Positions 19,960 to 35,828 of a DNA stretch of 64,000 nucleotides are shown piece by piece. The position numbers and the translations under genes were made by a program. The notes under the pieces are model-generated. The model saw only the letters and a list, made by a program, of their open reading frames with translations. It did not search any database and had not been told where the DNA came from. Numbering within the stretch: position 1 is the first letter of the stretch; the number at the start of each line of letters is the position of its first letter. The stretch spans positions 186,001 to 250,000 of the forward strand of contig NIVC01000615.1 of assembly GCA_002269645.1 (NCBI GenBank), written 5' to 3'. The DNA is from Macrostomum lignano (lineage: Eukaryota).

Positions 19960-20465
19960 TCTCTACACCTCATTCTACCTCTCACTCTCTTCTCTACATC
20001 TCCCATTCTACCTCTCATTCTCAACTACTCTCTTCTCTACATCTCCCATTCTACCTCTCATTCTCAACTACTCTCTTCTTTACATCTCCCATTCTACCTC
20101 TCAACTACTCTATTCTCTACATCTCCCATTCTACCTCTCACTCTCAACTACTCTCTTCTCTACATCTCCAATTCTACCTCTCACTCTCAACTACTCTCTT
20201 CTCTACATCTCCAATTCTACCTCTCACTCTCAACTACTCTATTCTCTACATCTCCCATTCTACCTCTCACTCTCAACTACTCTCTTCTCTACATCTCCAA
20301 TTCTACCTCTCACTCTCAACTACTCTATTCTCTACATCTCCCATTCTACCTCTCACTCTCAACTACTCTATTCTCTACATCTCCCATTCTACCTCTCACT
20401 CTCAACTACCCTCTTCTCTACATCTCCCAATCTACCTCTCACTCTCAAATATTCTCTTCTTTACA
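19960..20465. repeat. 43-bp CT-rich array (CTACATCTCCCATTCTACCTCTCACTCTCAACTACTCTCTTCT)
   Basis: About 11 copies by direct reading. Confidence 0.88.
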
Positions 20466-22479
20466 AGTGTTACAATAAAAAACAGTTTTAAAAGTGTTCG
20501 TCTTTTACACATTTTCGTTTTTCAAAATTTGACTCCTTTCTCCTCTCTCCCCTCCCTTCTACCCCTTCCCTCCGCACTTTCTCCCTTTCTTTATCCTCTC
20601 TTCTTCTCTCTTTATTTTCCCTCTCATCTCTCCCCTTCTCTTTTCTCTCTCCCTTCTCATATTTTTCCTTGTAATATTTAAGGAGCTTAAAGTAACAAAA
20701 TTTCCAATGCTTACTAAGATCTGTGGTAGTGATGACCTGCCTGCCAAATGTTGAAAAAAGATGACAGGGCAAGCAAAAACCTCCTAAATTGATTGCAGTC
20801 TAGCTTTCTTTAAGAAGACTTTAGACTTGAAAAATACCATTGAAGCCATTAATTTAATATGTAGGCATGAATTTTTATAAAATTTCAAAATAAATGAATG
20901 CAGCTAATTCAAAGTTTTTGTAAGATAAGCTCTCAAGTCCCTAGGGTTAAGGACTCATGAACCTATGATGTTGGGATGGTAAGGGCTAATGTTAAGATGA
21001 ATAAAGCCAATAAGGAATCTATCTAGCATTTTTTGTCATTAAAGTTATTGAGTGGCTTAGATGCAAGATAATAGCTCGTAGATATGGAAAATATATATTC
21101 ACAATCACTAAATCATATATATATATATATATCTTCTATCTACAAACTATCTCAATTCTATCTTAATTCATATCTTTCTTGTAGCATAATTATACAATAT
21201 AATTATGCAATAGAATTATAGGAAAAACAAAAATTAGATTAATATAATAAAAATATATATTTATATACAAAGATCTCTCAAAATAAAATGTAACTTTGTT
21301 TTTTGAATTTTAAATCTACACATATGCATCACCTAGAGACAATTTTGGCTATAGATAGTCTGAATTTAATTTTTTCCTTTTCAATAGAAAGGGACTTTGT
21401 TTGAATTGAATTTCTACAAGCACTGATATTTTCAAGTGTTTGAATTGAAGTTCTACTTGTTTTTTAACAAGATTGTTTAGGCCTAAAATAAGAGGTAGGC
21501 CTAAAATGGTATAATATAGCCACAGTGGCTAGGGCCTATCTTTAATTTAATAGGGCCTAGGCCTCTGGATATACTTCTATATTATAGGCCTAGGCTATTA
21601 ATATTACATATTTAAGGATAAGGTCCATTATAATTTAGGTCTATAAATATGAATATTTTTGTTTAGGTTTTTAACTTAAATTCCTAATTGCATAAAATGA
21701 TTTTAATATCTACAAATGCTTTAAAATCTTACAGTAAGCCATGATAAAAGTAAGCATGTTACACTACACTACTTTACTTTCTAATTAAATAATTTATTAT
21801 TATAGGGGGCCTAGGCTAGGCCCTATTTTAAGTTAGGCTTAAGACCTATAAAAGAGGTCTTATTTTATCTTATTTAGGAACTCAAATATTGGTCTATAGT
21901 CTAGGCTATATAAATCAGATGCAAAAAACTACCTAATTTTGTTTCCATTCAAAAAATATCGATAAAAAGTTATATACAGGATACTGCTCTTAGACTTAGA
22001 CTAAGACTTGGGCTATCGAATATAGGCCTATAGAAGGCATTCTTGACTTCGTACTTTAGCTCTCCTGGCTGCTGGCTCTACCCAGCCATGGCAATGGGTT
22101 TATCAAAGTAATGACATCAAGATCGTCAAAGCTGAAACGAGGATGAAGGTTCATGTTTTCACCCTCCTTTTTTGGTCAACGTTTAGCGCGTTAGAGGTTC
22201 CCAGAAAACGGAAAATTAACGATGAGTAAAGCATTATAACAAGTCGAAGACAAAATGAACTTTAATAAAGATTTTTTTCTTCTAAAATTGCTTCAATGCT
22301 TTTCTTTCTGCTAAACGTATTAATTTATATTGCCTTTTAAAATCAGACATTATATCTAAATGACAGTGACAACACTTGTTTTAACTTATTTACAGTCTCT
22401 TTTTTTTCTGATCAAAGCTTTGAGCAAAGCTAACTCTCTTTTAAAATTAGATTCAATGCGCTGAATTTCCATAAATCAA

Positions 22480-24399
22480 ATGGAGTCACAAAGAAAAAAG
22501 CCTCAAAAGAAGCAAGATCGGGTAAAAACGGTAAGAACTGCTCTGAATGTTTATTTTTGTTTTTGCTCAAGAAAAGAGCTACTTACCGACACAACACAAG
22601 AGACAAGACATTTACCCTTTATTGTGCTCCCGATCCAAAACCATGAGATCAACCGGAAAGATTGTGTGTTTCTTGGCCAAGAATTATTTGAAAAAAGCAT
22701 GTTTTGTTGGTCTCAAAGTCTGAAAAGGATTGAGCACTCGTTTTAGTTGGGTTGTGCTACTGTTTGCCTATTCTATTAAAACTTAGACTAAGTTTTGCTT
22801 GAAATTTTTAATTGCAGCAACGGATTTTAAAGATACTCAGATACTAACATTTTCACTGTTCGTATAAACATTCACTCGGGTAGGTCAAAGCAAAAACAAC
22901 TTAATAATATCCTTTCTCAGGTTTTTATCTGTGAGAAGTAAATCTAATCTTAGCTACTTCATCTGGCAAACCAATGTATTAATTAAATAGCTAATTCATT
23001 TTAGTACCACGAACCATCAAAGAATGTTTTGGAGGCGACAGCCGAAAGTCAAAGACGAGTAAACGAGCGACAGAAACAGCAAAAGCAGATGCTTGAAGAA
23101 GAAAAAGAGGTCGACATTGACAAGCAACAGTATGAGATTCTCATCGGGCAGTTAAAGTAAGTTTATAACTATAACAAACGATTTTTATAAATGGGGAGGC
23201 AGATAAGTTGTGTTTAAGTTGTACCTACATGTAAAAATGTTTAGCTTAAAAACTATTTAGGACCGACATCAATTGAAAAGCACTGTAAAGTTGCAATATA
23301 ATGTTTCTTGCGCTTAAATATTTGATTGGGAACAAATAGCTGTCGCCACAGAGAGGCATACGTGAATTATTTATGAGAGTATTTTCCACGATTTGCCTGT
23401 CGAGATAAAATTCAGGACGTTTGGATATTGATGGTCCATTGGTCTTGTTAATAAGGGCTAGCTAGTTAAGGCAACTGTTATATGGATTCACTCTTGTAAG
23501 TGCCAGGGATCTTTGTAAAAAATCTTTTCACGCAGAGCGGCAGAAGCTCGAAATCGGCTGCGAATCATGCGGATGCGCTATGAAAACGTGCTCGAACGCG
23601 AGGTGAACCACCTGATCTCTTGTCAGCCAACCGCTCTGCGCGCGGTACGTCTCGAGGCGATTCTGCCAACAAGATCGTCGGCTAAGGCTCAGGGAGCTGC
23701 TGGTGAAAGCGGCAATGGTCTGGGAGAGAGTCAGATTGCAGCTGAAATGAATCATTCTGGAGCTCGATCTGGTGGTCTGACTAAGTTAGATGTAAGAGGC
23801 TGGCCATGCGCTACCTATGTTTGATGTTGTGCAGGGGGCGTCGCCATGGATTTTGTGGTGGTGGGGAGGGCAAAGCCAATAATTATGCATGTACCCGTAC
23901 ATAACTAAATTTCTACATGTACGATTGGTGTTGTCAAGGATCATTTTAGCGCCGCAGGCACTCATTTTAGCACCACAGGCACTCATTTTAGCACCGCAGG
24001 CACTCATTTTAGCGCCGCAGGCACTCATTTTAGCGCCGCAGGCACTCATTTTAGCGCCGCAGGCACTCATTTTAGCGCCGCAGGCACTCATTTTAGCACT
24101 GCAGGCACTCATTTTAGCACCGCAGGCACTCATTTTAGCACCGCAGGCACTCATTTTAGGACCGCAGGCTCCATTTTTGTCGCCCTGAAACAAAATTATT
24201 GATTTCCATAACAGGTCAACAAAGGTGGGGTGGGGGGGACAAAGCATTGGCATGCCCCCTCATAGGTTTTTCTTGGGGGACCCTCCCGTCTCCCCGGTGG
24301 CGACGCCCCAGAGTAGAGGTCTCATAGTGACTTATTGGTTTATTTCACCGTTTTATTCAATTTCAGCGCAGCAGAATCGAGCGTTTGATGTCCACTTAA
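22480..24399 (+). CDS. LKAAEAR1: LKAAEAR-motif protein (LKAAEAR1/C20orf201 homologue), 163 aa; exons 22480-22530, 23005-23156, 23536-23791, 24367-24399
   Basis: The spliced product reads ...YEILIGQLK|AAEARNRLRIMRMRYENVLEREVNHLISCQPTALRAVRLEAILP...LTKLD|RSRIERLMST*. It contains the literal LKAAEAR motif across a phase-2 junction, and all introns are GT-AG. Confidence 0.85.
23832..24310. mobile_element. MITE-like element with GGGGCGTCGCCA...TGGCGACGCCCC terminal inverted repeats and an internal 21-bp array (GCACTCATTTTAGCGCCGCAG)
   Basis: TIR visible at both ends, located in LKAAEAR1 intron 3, with a related copy at 60245. No clear TSD. Confidence 0.7.
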
Positions 24400-25099
24400 T
24401 CAGCTGCGAAGTGACGTCACCCTTGGACACCAAGCCTTGGAATTGAAAATTGGAACGCTCGCTGCCCTTCAAACTGAATCCAATTACGAGCGTAATTCTT
24501 TCTTGAATCTGATATTAACCTTGAACATATATTGTTTCAATTTACTGTTTCTGTAAGAAATCCACTTTTTTCGAGTTATAAGGCATAACATATAACTGAC
24601 ATTGTATTCAAACTGCCACAGTGTATTCTTCACAAGGTTTGCCGTGTATTACCGATTTTAACACATTTTTCGGGGGTTGGATTCTTATAAAATTCAATAA
24701 TTTTATGCAAAATATAATTTTGATGAATGTATTTTATTGCTAAAATGATTCCCTGATCAACTTTAATAAGTAAATAATTAAATAATCAGGAAAAGCTAAG
24801 AGGGGATCTAGAAGAGAGTCTTGAAGAAGCGTCTTGACTAAATCAGGTATAAGCAGGTTAACGCATTCAGTGCCAGCGCACTGACAAAGCAGCACAAAAG
24901 GAAAACAACCAATCGAAGAATTAAACTTTCTTGTTAAGATCAGCTTTTCCTAAATAATTTGAACATCAAGCTTTGTACCATCAGCGCTGTGACGTGATGG
25001 CCGACTTGAGTACGGCATGAACTAGACTTGATGCTATCAAGTTGGCGAAACAACAGCAAGACAAAATAGTAGCAAGAGAAAACTCAATAAACACAAAGC

Positions 25100-28000
25100 A
25101 GCAATCAAGTTAGACAGGACAACAATCAAGTTAGACAGGACATCAATCAAGTTAGACAGGACTATAATCAAGTTAGACAGGACAACAATCAAGTTAGACA
25201 AGACAACAATCAAGTTAGACAGGACAACAATCAAGTTAGACAGGACTATAATCAAGTTAGACAGGACAACAATCAAGTTAGACAGGACAACAATCAAGTT
25301 AGACAAGACAACAATCAAGTTATACAGGACAACAATCAAGTTAGACAGGACAATAATCAAGTTAGACAGGACAATAATCAAGTTAGACAGGACAACAATC
25401 AAGTTATACAGGACAACAATCAAGTTAGACAGGACAACAATCAAGTTAGACAGGACAACAATCAAGTTAGACAAGACAACAATCAAGTTAGACAAGACAA
25501 CAATCAAGTTAGACAGGACAACAATCAAGCTAGACAGGACATCAATCAAGTTAGACAGGACATCAATCAAGTTAGACAAGACAACAATCAAGTTAGCTCA
25601 AAGACAACAATCAAGCTAGACAGGACATCAATCAAGTTAGACAAGACAACAATAAAGTTAGACAGGACAACAATCAAGTTAGCTCAAAGACATCAATCAA
25701 GTTAGACAGGACAATAATCAAGTTAGACAGGACATCAATCAAGTTAGACAGGACTATAATCAAGTTAGACAGGACAACAATCAAGTTAGACAGGACAACA
25801 ATCAAGTTAGAGAGGACAACAATCAAGTTAGACAGGACAATAATCAAGTTAGACAAGACAACAATCAAGTTAGACAGGACAACAATCAAGTTAGACAGAA
25901 CAACAATCAATTTAGACAGGACAACAATCAAGTTAGACAGGACAACAATCAAGTTAGACAGGACAACAATCAAGCTAGACAGGACAACAATCAAGTTAGA
26001 CAGGACAACAATCAAGTTAGACAGGACAACAATCAAGTTAGACAGGACATCAATCAAGTTAGACAGGACTATAAATCAAGTTAGACAGGACAACAATAAA
26101 GTTAGACAGGACAAAAATCAAGTTAGCTCAAAGACATCAATCAAGTTAGACAGGACAACAATCAAGTTGGACAGGACAACAATCAAGTTAGACAGGACAA
26201 CAATCAAGTTGGACAGGACAACAATCAAGCTAGACAGGACAACAATCAAGTTAGCTCAAAGACAACAATCAAGTTAGACAGGACAACAATCAAGTTAGAC
26301 AGGACAACAATCAAGTTAGACAGGACAACAATCAAGCTAGACAGGACAACAATCAAGTTAGACAGGACAACAATCAAGTTAGACAAGACAACAATCAAGT
26401 TAGACAAGACAACAATCAAGTTAGACAGGACAATAATCAAGTTAGACAGGACAATTATCAAGTTAGACAGGACAACAATCAAGTTAGACAGGACAACAAT
26501 CAAGTTAGACAGGACAACAATCAAGCTAGACAGGACAACAATCAAGTTAGACAGGACAATAATCAAGTTAGACAAGACAACAATCAAGTTAGACAGGACA
26601 ATAATCAAGTTAGACAGGACAATTATCAAGTTAGACAGGACAACAATCAAGTTAGACAGGACAATAATCAAGTTAGACAGGACAACAATCAAGTTAGACA
26701 GGACAACAATCAAGTTAGACAGGACAACAATCAAGTTAGACAAGACAACAATCAAGTTAGACAAGACAACAATCAAGTTAGACAGGACAATAATCAAGTT
26801 AGACAGGACAATTATCAAGTTAGACAGGACAACAATCAAGCTAGACAGGACAACAATCAAGTTAGACAAGACAACAATCAAGTTAGACAGGACAACAATC
26901 AAGTTAGCTCAAAGACATCAATCAAGTTAGACAAGACAACAATCAAGTTAGACAGGACAATAATCAAGTTAGACAGCACAACAATCAAGTTAGACAGGAC
27001 AACAATCAAGTTAGACAGGACAACAATCAATTTAGACAGGACAACAATCAAGTTAGACAGGACAACAATCAAGTTAGCTCAAAGACAACAATCAAGCTAG
27101 ACAGGACAACAATCAAGCCAGACAGGACAACAATCAAGTTAGACAAGACAACAATCAAGTTAGCTCAAAGACAACAATCAAGCTAGACAGGACATCAATC
27201 AAGTTAGACAGGACAACAATCAAGTTAGCTCAAAGACAACAATCAAGCTAGACAGGACATCAATCAAGTTAGACAGGACAACAATCAAGTTAGACAAGAC
27301 AACAATCAAGTTAGCTCAAAGACAACAATCAAGCTAGACAGGACATCAATCAAGTTAGACAGGACAACAATCAAGTTAGCTCAAAGACAACAATCAAGCT
27401 AGACAGGACATCAATCAAGTTAGACAGGACAACAATCAAGTTAGACAGGACAATAATCAAGTTAGACAGGACAACAATCAAGTTAGACAGGACAACAATC
27501 AAGTTAGACAGGACATCAATCAAGTTAGACAGGACTATAAATCAAGTTAGACAGGACAACAATAAAGTTAGACAGGACAACAATCAAGTTAGCTCAAAGA
27601 CATCAATCAAGTTAGACAGGACAACAATCAAGTTGGACAGGACAACAATCAAGTTAGACAGGACAACAATCAAGTTGGACAGGACAACAATCAAGCTAGA
27701 CAGGACAACAATCAAGTTAGCTCAAAGACAACAATCAAGTTAGACAGGACAACAATCAAGTTAGACAGGACAACAATCAAGTTAGACAGGACAACAATCA
27801 AGCTAGACAGGACAACAATCAAGTTAGACAGGACAACAATCAAGTTAGACAAGACAACAATCAAGTTAGACAAGACAACAATCAAGTTAGACAGGACAAT
27901 AATCAAGTTAGACAGGACAATTATCAAGTTAGACAGGACAACAATCAAGTTAGACAGGACAACAATCAAGTTAGACAGGACAACAATCAAGCTAGACAGG

Positions 28001-30475
28001 ACAACAATCAAGTTAGACAGGACAATAATCAAGTTAGACAAGACAACAATCAAGTTAGACAGGTCAATAATCAAGTTAGACAGGACAATTATCAAGTTAG
28101 ACAGGACAACAATCAAGTTAGACAGGACAATAATCAAGTTAGACAGGACAACAATCAAGTTAGACAGGACAACAATCAAGTTAGACAGGACAACAATCAA
28201 GTTAGACAAGACAACAATCAAGTTAGACAAGACAACAATCAAGTTAGACAGGACAATAATCAAGTTAGACAGGACAATTATCAAGTTAGACAGGACAACA
28301 ATCAAGCTAGACAGGACAACAATCAAGTTAGACAAGACAACAATCAAGTTAGACAGGACAACAATCAAGTTAGCTCAAAGACATCAATCAAGTTAGACAA
28401 GACAACAATCAAGTTAGACAGGACAATAATCAAGTTAGACAGCACAACAATCAAGTTAGACAGGACAACAATCAAGTTAGACAGGACAACAATCAATTTA
28501 GACAGGACAACAATCAAGTTAGACAGGACAACAATCAAGTTAGCTCAAAGACAACAATCAAGCTAGACAGGACAACAATCAAGCTAGACAGGACAACAAT
28601 CAAGTTAGACAAGACAACAATCAAGTTAGCTCAAAGACAACAATCAAGCTTGACAGGACATCAATCAAGTTAGACAGGACAACAATCAAGTTAGCTCAAA
28701 GACAACAATCAAGCTAGACAGGACATCAATCAAGTTAGACAGGACAACAATCAAGTTAGACAAGACAACAATCAAGTTAGCTCAAAGACAACAATCAAGC
28801 TAGACAGGACATCAATCAAGTTAGACAGGACAACAATCAAGTTAGCTCAAAGACAACAATCAAGCTAGACAGGACATCAATCAAGTTAGACAGGACAACA
28901 ATCAAGTTAGACAGGACAATAATCAAGTTAGACAGGACAACAATCAAGTTAGACAGGACAACAATCAAGTTAGACAGGACAACAATCAAGTTAGACAGGA
29001 CAACAATCAAGTTAGACAAGACAACAATCAAGTTAGACAGGACAATAATCAAGTTAGACAGGACAATTATCAAGTTAGACAGGACAACAATCAAGTTAGA
29101 CAGGACAACAGTCAAGTTAGACAAGACAACAATCAAGTTAGACAGGACTATAATCAAGTTAGACAGGACAACAATCAAGTTAGACAGGACAACAATCAAG
29201 TTAGACAGGACAACAATCAAGTTAGACAGGACATCAATCAAGTTAGACAGGACTATAAATCAAGTTAGACAGGACAACAATCAAGTTAGACAGGACAACA
29301 ATCAAGTTAGCTCAAAGACATCAATCAAGATAGACAGGACAACAATCAGGTTGGACAGGACAACAATCAAGTTAGACAGGACAACAATCAAGTTGGACAG
29401 GACAACAATCAAGTTAGACAGGACAACAATCAAGTTAGCTCAAAGACAACAATCAAGCTAGACAGGACATCAATCAAGTTAGACAGGACAACAATCAAGT
29501 TAGACAGGACAACAATAAAGTTAGACAGGACAACAATCAAGTTAGCTCAAAGACATCAATCAAGTTAGACAGGACAACAATCAAGTTGGACAGGACAACA
29601 ATCAAGTTAGACAGGACAACAATCAAGTTGGACAGGACAACAATCAAGTTAGACAGGACAACAATCAAGTTAGACAGGACAACAATCAAGCTAGACAGGA
29701 CAACAATCAAGTTAGACAGGACAACAATCAAGTTAGACAAGACAACAATCAAGTTAGACAAGACAACAATCAAGTTAGACAGGACAATAATCAAGTTAGA
29801 CAGGACAACTATCAAGTTAGACAGGACAACAATCAAGTTAGACAGGACAACAATCAAGCTAGACAGGACAACAATCAAGTTAGACAGGACAATAATCAAG
29901 TTAGACAAGACAACAATCAAGTTAGACAGGACAATAATCAAGTTAGACAGGACAAGTATCAAGTTAGACAGGACAACAATCAAGTTAGACAGGACAATAA
30001 TCAAGTTAGACAGGACAACAATCAAGTTAGACAGGACAACAATCAAGTTAGACAGGACAACAATCAAGTTAGACAAGACAACAATCAAGTTAGACAAGAC
30101 AACAATCAAGTTAGACAGGACAATAATCAAGTTAGACAGGACAATTATCAAGTTAGACAGGACAACGATCAAGCTAGACAGGACAACAATCAAGTTAGAC
30201 AAGACAACAATCAAGTTAGACAGGACAACAATCAAGTTAGCTCAAAGACATCAATCAAGTTAGACAAAACAACAATCAAGTTAGACAGGACAATTATCAA
30301 GTTAGACAGGACAACAATCAAGTTAGACAGGACAACAATCAAGTTAGCTCAAAGACATCAATCAAGTTAGACAGGACAACAATCAAGTTGGACAGGACAA
30401 CAATCAAGTTGGACAGGACAACAATCAAGCTAGACAGGACAACAATCAAGTTAGCTCAAAGACAACAATAATCAA
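25100..30475. repeat. 21-bp satellite GACAGGACAACAATCAAGTTA (~5.4 kb) with higher-order structure
   Basis: 7-aa ORF periodicity (LIVVLSN / TTIKLDR); variant landmarks repeat at 1466-bp spacing. Confidence 0.97.
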
Positions 30476-30637
30476 GACTTAAACTGACTTAAAGACAAGG
30501 GCTGGCCTAATATTACCAAATATTAAGAAAAACTTTGTAGGTACAATCAAAAGTTCAGGTAAAATCTCCACATCCTTCGAGGCTACATGATCTTGACAAA
30601 TCGTAAAAATCATGTTTGACTGAACTATCCCGCCTAC

Positions 30638-31560
30638 CTGAATACGACTGCGAAGCGCCGCCACCGCCACCGGCCGCCAGGTACAGCTGACCGTCGCTCG
30701 CTGCGTACAAATGAAGCTGCCGCCGCAGCCAGCAGTCGAGGGGGCTGCCGGGCCGCCTGCCTGACCGACCACGACTGACAGCTGCAACCCGCCAGTCAGG
30801 TTGAAGCTGCCGGCCGCTGAGGCGCCTCTGCCGCCTGATTTGCTTAAGGCAGCGTTGCTGCCTCCGGCCGCTCCGAAGGCCTCGATGCGGTAGCAGCCGG
30901 TGATGTTGATCATCAGGTGCTGGATGATCCCGTTGCGACCCGTGCTCGAGTCTGGGAGAGGCAATTTTATGACCTTGCAGGTTGAGAGTCCAAGACTTGT
31001 CTTGCGCCAAATGACGGTCCATCGAGTCTGGCTTCACTATGAGTCTGGCTTCTCTATGAGTCTGGCTTCCCTATGAGTCTGGCTTCTCTTTGAGTCTGGC
31101 TTCTCTATGAGTCTGGCTTCTCTATGAGTCTGGCTTCTCTATGAGTCTGGCTTCTCTATGAGTCTGGCTTACCAATTGGCTTCTAGGCCAGCTACAGTAC
31201 GCTTACTGAACAGAACTGCAGTGAAGTTCTTCAGCTGCCTCTGCTGCACGGTCTGCTCAAAGTCGGCCGCCTTCCACACCTGCAGCTCGCCAGTCGAGCT
31301 GTTGCCGAACCGCCTGGCTACGTGAGTGCATGGCGGTCCCAGCTGCTTCGAGGCGTCATTGATGAAGAGCAGCTCACCGAGGCCGGAGCTGGAGGCGGCT
31401 TCGCAGTTTCTCTTTGAGCACTGCAGCAGGCAGTCAGTAGCTGAGCGCATGCGACTCAGGGTGGCGACCCCGCTGCTGGAAGCGTCCGTCAGCTCCACTA
31501 GCTGCTCAGAGGCGGTGAAGCTGTTGGGATCGACTTCCACTGCGACTGCTGGGAGCAGCA
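30638..31560 (-). pseudogene. PAN/Apple-like + ALK/LTK-type glycine-rich protein, paralogue 1 (exons 31560-31207, 30951-30638); frameshifted, third exon not found
   Basis: The 354-nt PAN exon (CLLQCSKRNC...LQVWKAADFEQ) matches paralogue 2 in length and phase. The next exon reads NSSTGRNG...GCYRIEAFGAAGG...VVVGQAGG...LYLAAGGGGGAS but is 314 nt against 321, with a frameshift near 30710. No Gly-rich terminal exon is seen downstream. Confidence 0.6.
31030..31170. repeat. 17-bp ATGAGTCTGGCTTCTCT intronic array
   Basis: About 8 copies by direct reading. Confidence 0.88.
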
Positions 31561-31579
31561 CTGTAATGGTGGCATTGTA

Positions 31580-33113
<1,534 letters not shown>

Positions 33114-34039
33114 ATGGCTACGTGAGTGCCCGGCGGTCCCAACTGCTTCGAGGCGTCATTGATGAAGAGCAGCTCGCAGATGCCGGATCCATGGATCCAA
33201 TCCATGGGTTTTAGGGCTGTTTTAATGAGCCAGGAAGTTTTAGGACCGAGATAGTCGGGGGGCCGGGGCTGCTAAACACCTTGGGGTGCCTGCGGTCTTG
33301 CTGGCTGACGACAGATTGCTTCTGTTGCTGAATAGTTTTCGAGATCTGCTCAAAACTCCCCCTATCCAATATGAGAAGCTTCAGTTGGTTATCTCTTCCT
33401 CCCAACTCACTCCATCATCTGGTTGCATGGTGACAATGGTAGCGGCCGCTCACCAGGACGGCTCTGTGGCTGTTTGATGGAGCCATAGGCCATAGCAACG
33501 TGGGAGAGGGAGACAACTGCTTCTGTGTTAGACCTCCCCGTCCCACTTTTCTGTTACCAGCCTTCTCATTCCTCTTGCACTGGTAAAATATCCTAAAAAG
33601 TGAACCAGGCTCCTCACCTGCATGAGGATTAAAGAGGAGATGAGAGTTTAGACGAGAGAGACAATAAGAGGAGAATAGAAGAGGAGATAAGAGAGTAGAG
33701 AAGAAAACAGAGAGCTGAGAAGATACAAGCCTTAGGCAGGCGAATTGCTATTGTGAAGTTTCGAAGGACCCAAGGGCAGGTTAGGGAAGTCTCAAGGACG
33801 TTGAGGTTTGACGACCGCTGACTGAAACGAATACGAAGACCGACCAGCCAGCCGTAGGCGGGTTTCCAAACTGCTGCTCACGGCAGTCGCTACCGCACGA
33901 ACGAAGAGATCTGATATAACACTTCCGTGTCAGATAGCAACCGATCTCGTAGCCACTTAGCCGGCTGATTCAACCCACAGTCAACTGCCGCGAGTCATCG
34001 GGTATCGCATCAACGGATGGCTAGCCGAGGTTCCAGCCG

Positions 34040-34400
34040 AGGTTTCAGCCGACGTGAAGGACTGCCATCAGGTGCACCAAGAGTTCTTCCTATGGAACAA
34101 CGATGGTTATGCCCGGCGAGATCTAGTTAAGTCACAGTGCCTTGTTGCCGCGAATCTACCGTGGCGTGGAGGCCAATTCCTCCGGAACTGCAGCGCCTGC
34201 GTCCTTTCCGAGAATGCGTTCAAGCCGATCAAGGTCCCATGGTCAGCGACGGAGCTACCAGCGGGTCCATAGCGACAGCTGCAAGGTTGACAGCGTCAGA
34301 GAGCTGCCGGCAATCGAGATTGGTGCAGTCTTATTGACTTTTCATCGCAGTCCACATGCTCTACTTCAATTGTGGCCTGAGATCAAAGCCAAGGACCACT
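34040..34400 (+). mobile_element. Degenerate Gypsy integrase fragment
   Basis: Pieced translation gives ...QFLRNCSACVLSENAFKPIKVPWSATELPAGP*RQL, resembling the integrase zinc-finger CxxC followed by the P-W-x-x-L-x-x-D core start. It contains stops and frameshifts. Confidence 0.5.
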
Positions 34401-35828
34401 GTATGGCTTAAATCTGATGAACCACCGGGAGGAAAGGAGAGTTAGTTACCTCGAAAGGAGACTATAAAGCTATAGGCAATAGAATAAATTAATGGTACAC
34501 CATGTGGTAACGAATAAACAGCGGGTGTAATCCCTATTCAAAAGACATTATGTACGAGCTAAAAAATAGGGGGGGGGGCGTGGAGCCCTCAATTTACAGT
34601 ACATGTACCAGCTACTACGAGAAGGGGGATTTTCACGTAGGAAAATAATGACGTCAACTACACGTCAAAGTTACACTTAAAGAAATGTTACAGTACAAGT
34701 TTACGTTTCGTCTACCTTAAACACCACTTCTAGGAACAAAACTTACGCTTAGATATGTTTGGGTTATAAAAAAGATAGCTTAAAAACGAAATCTAAGAAT
34801 ATTAACGAATTAAAATAAAAAAGTTCTTTACTACATAATTTAATATATAGTCGTGCAGTGACTGGTCCAGCTCTACTCTTCACAAGGTGTAACTTTAAAT
34901 TTATATTGTCAGCGTGCAGTACTTTAGTTAAACAAAATATGTTGGACTACCACACAAAAGTTCATTTCTTGAAATCATCGTAAAGTTTATATTTTAAAAT
35001 ATTAATCTTTCAAAGTTCTCGTTAACCTCGTTGTTGCTTTTCGGTAACTACTCTGTTTTAATTCCTCTTTTACAAGATTAAAATGTAATTTTAATCCTGT
35101 TCAATTTTGTGATAGAGATCGAGTATGTTTTATTCTCATTTTTATTCTATTTTTCTTGATGAATACAATCAATATGTTCTTTATAGTTTTCGAATGAATA
35201 ACTTAAAAATACGATATGTTCTTTTGAATTATTCTGTGGAAATTTTCTGTAGCATGAAAACTTAATGCACTTATACTTTTTGTGCTGTTTGTATGTTTGT
35301 AGGTAAAACGCTCTTTTAAATATGATTGTTTTTTGTTTTCTTTAATTGTTTCGTCTTTTGTTTTATCTTCTCGCGCATATTGTTTTTGTAATTTCGTATT
35401 TCCAAATAAAACACCAATCAATTATTCTTCGTTGTCATTCTATTTGTATTAAACCAGGAACAAAAATGTCAACTGAGAGCACTACATAAATTGCTTAGGA
35501 TGATTCTGTGTTTAAAATGCTATTAGTAAAACAAAAAATCATAAATTCAAAAAGCTGTAATAACTGTTTTACCATCAATTTCTACGACATAAAAATTGCT
35601 CACTTTGGGATTCCAAATTTTTGGATTTCCAATTGATTTGGATTTCTGCAATTTTACTTATGATTATTTAATAACAGACGTAGATGTACTGTTTTCATTG
35701 GGATGATAATTTAAGACGATTCGTAGAATTTGCAACCTAATTGTTTTTTTAAGTCAACCAATATCATAAAATATCTCGATCTTGTCTCAAAATATCACCT
35801 CTGAATTCGAGCTCCATCCGCCAGCTTC

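Noticed and set aside
22055-22155. Short minus-strand ORF MNLHPRFSFDD...ES*
   Set aside because: Only 32 aa with no recognisable motif; it could be a uORF or UTR exon but is unsupported as a gene.
25037-30263. Leucine-heptad-like ORFs (LIVVLSN)n / (TTIKLDR)n
   Set aside because: A 21-bp satellite gives 7-aa periodicity by arithmetic; these are not LRR or coiled-coil genes.
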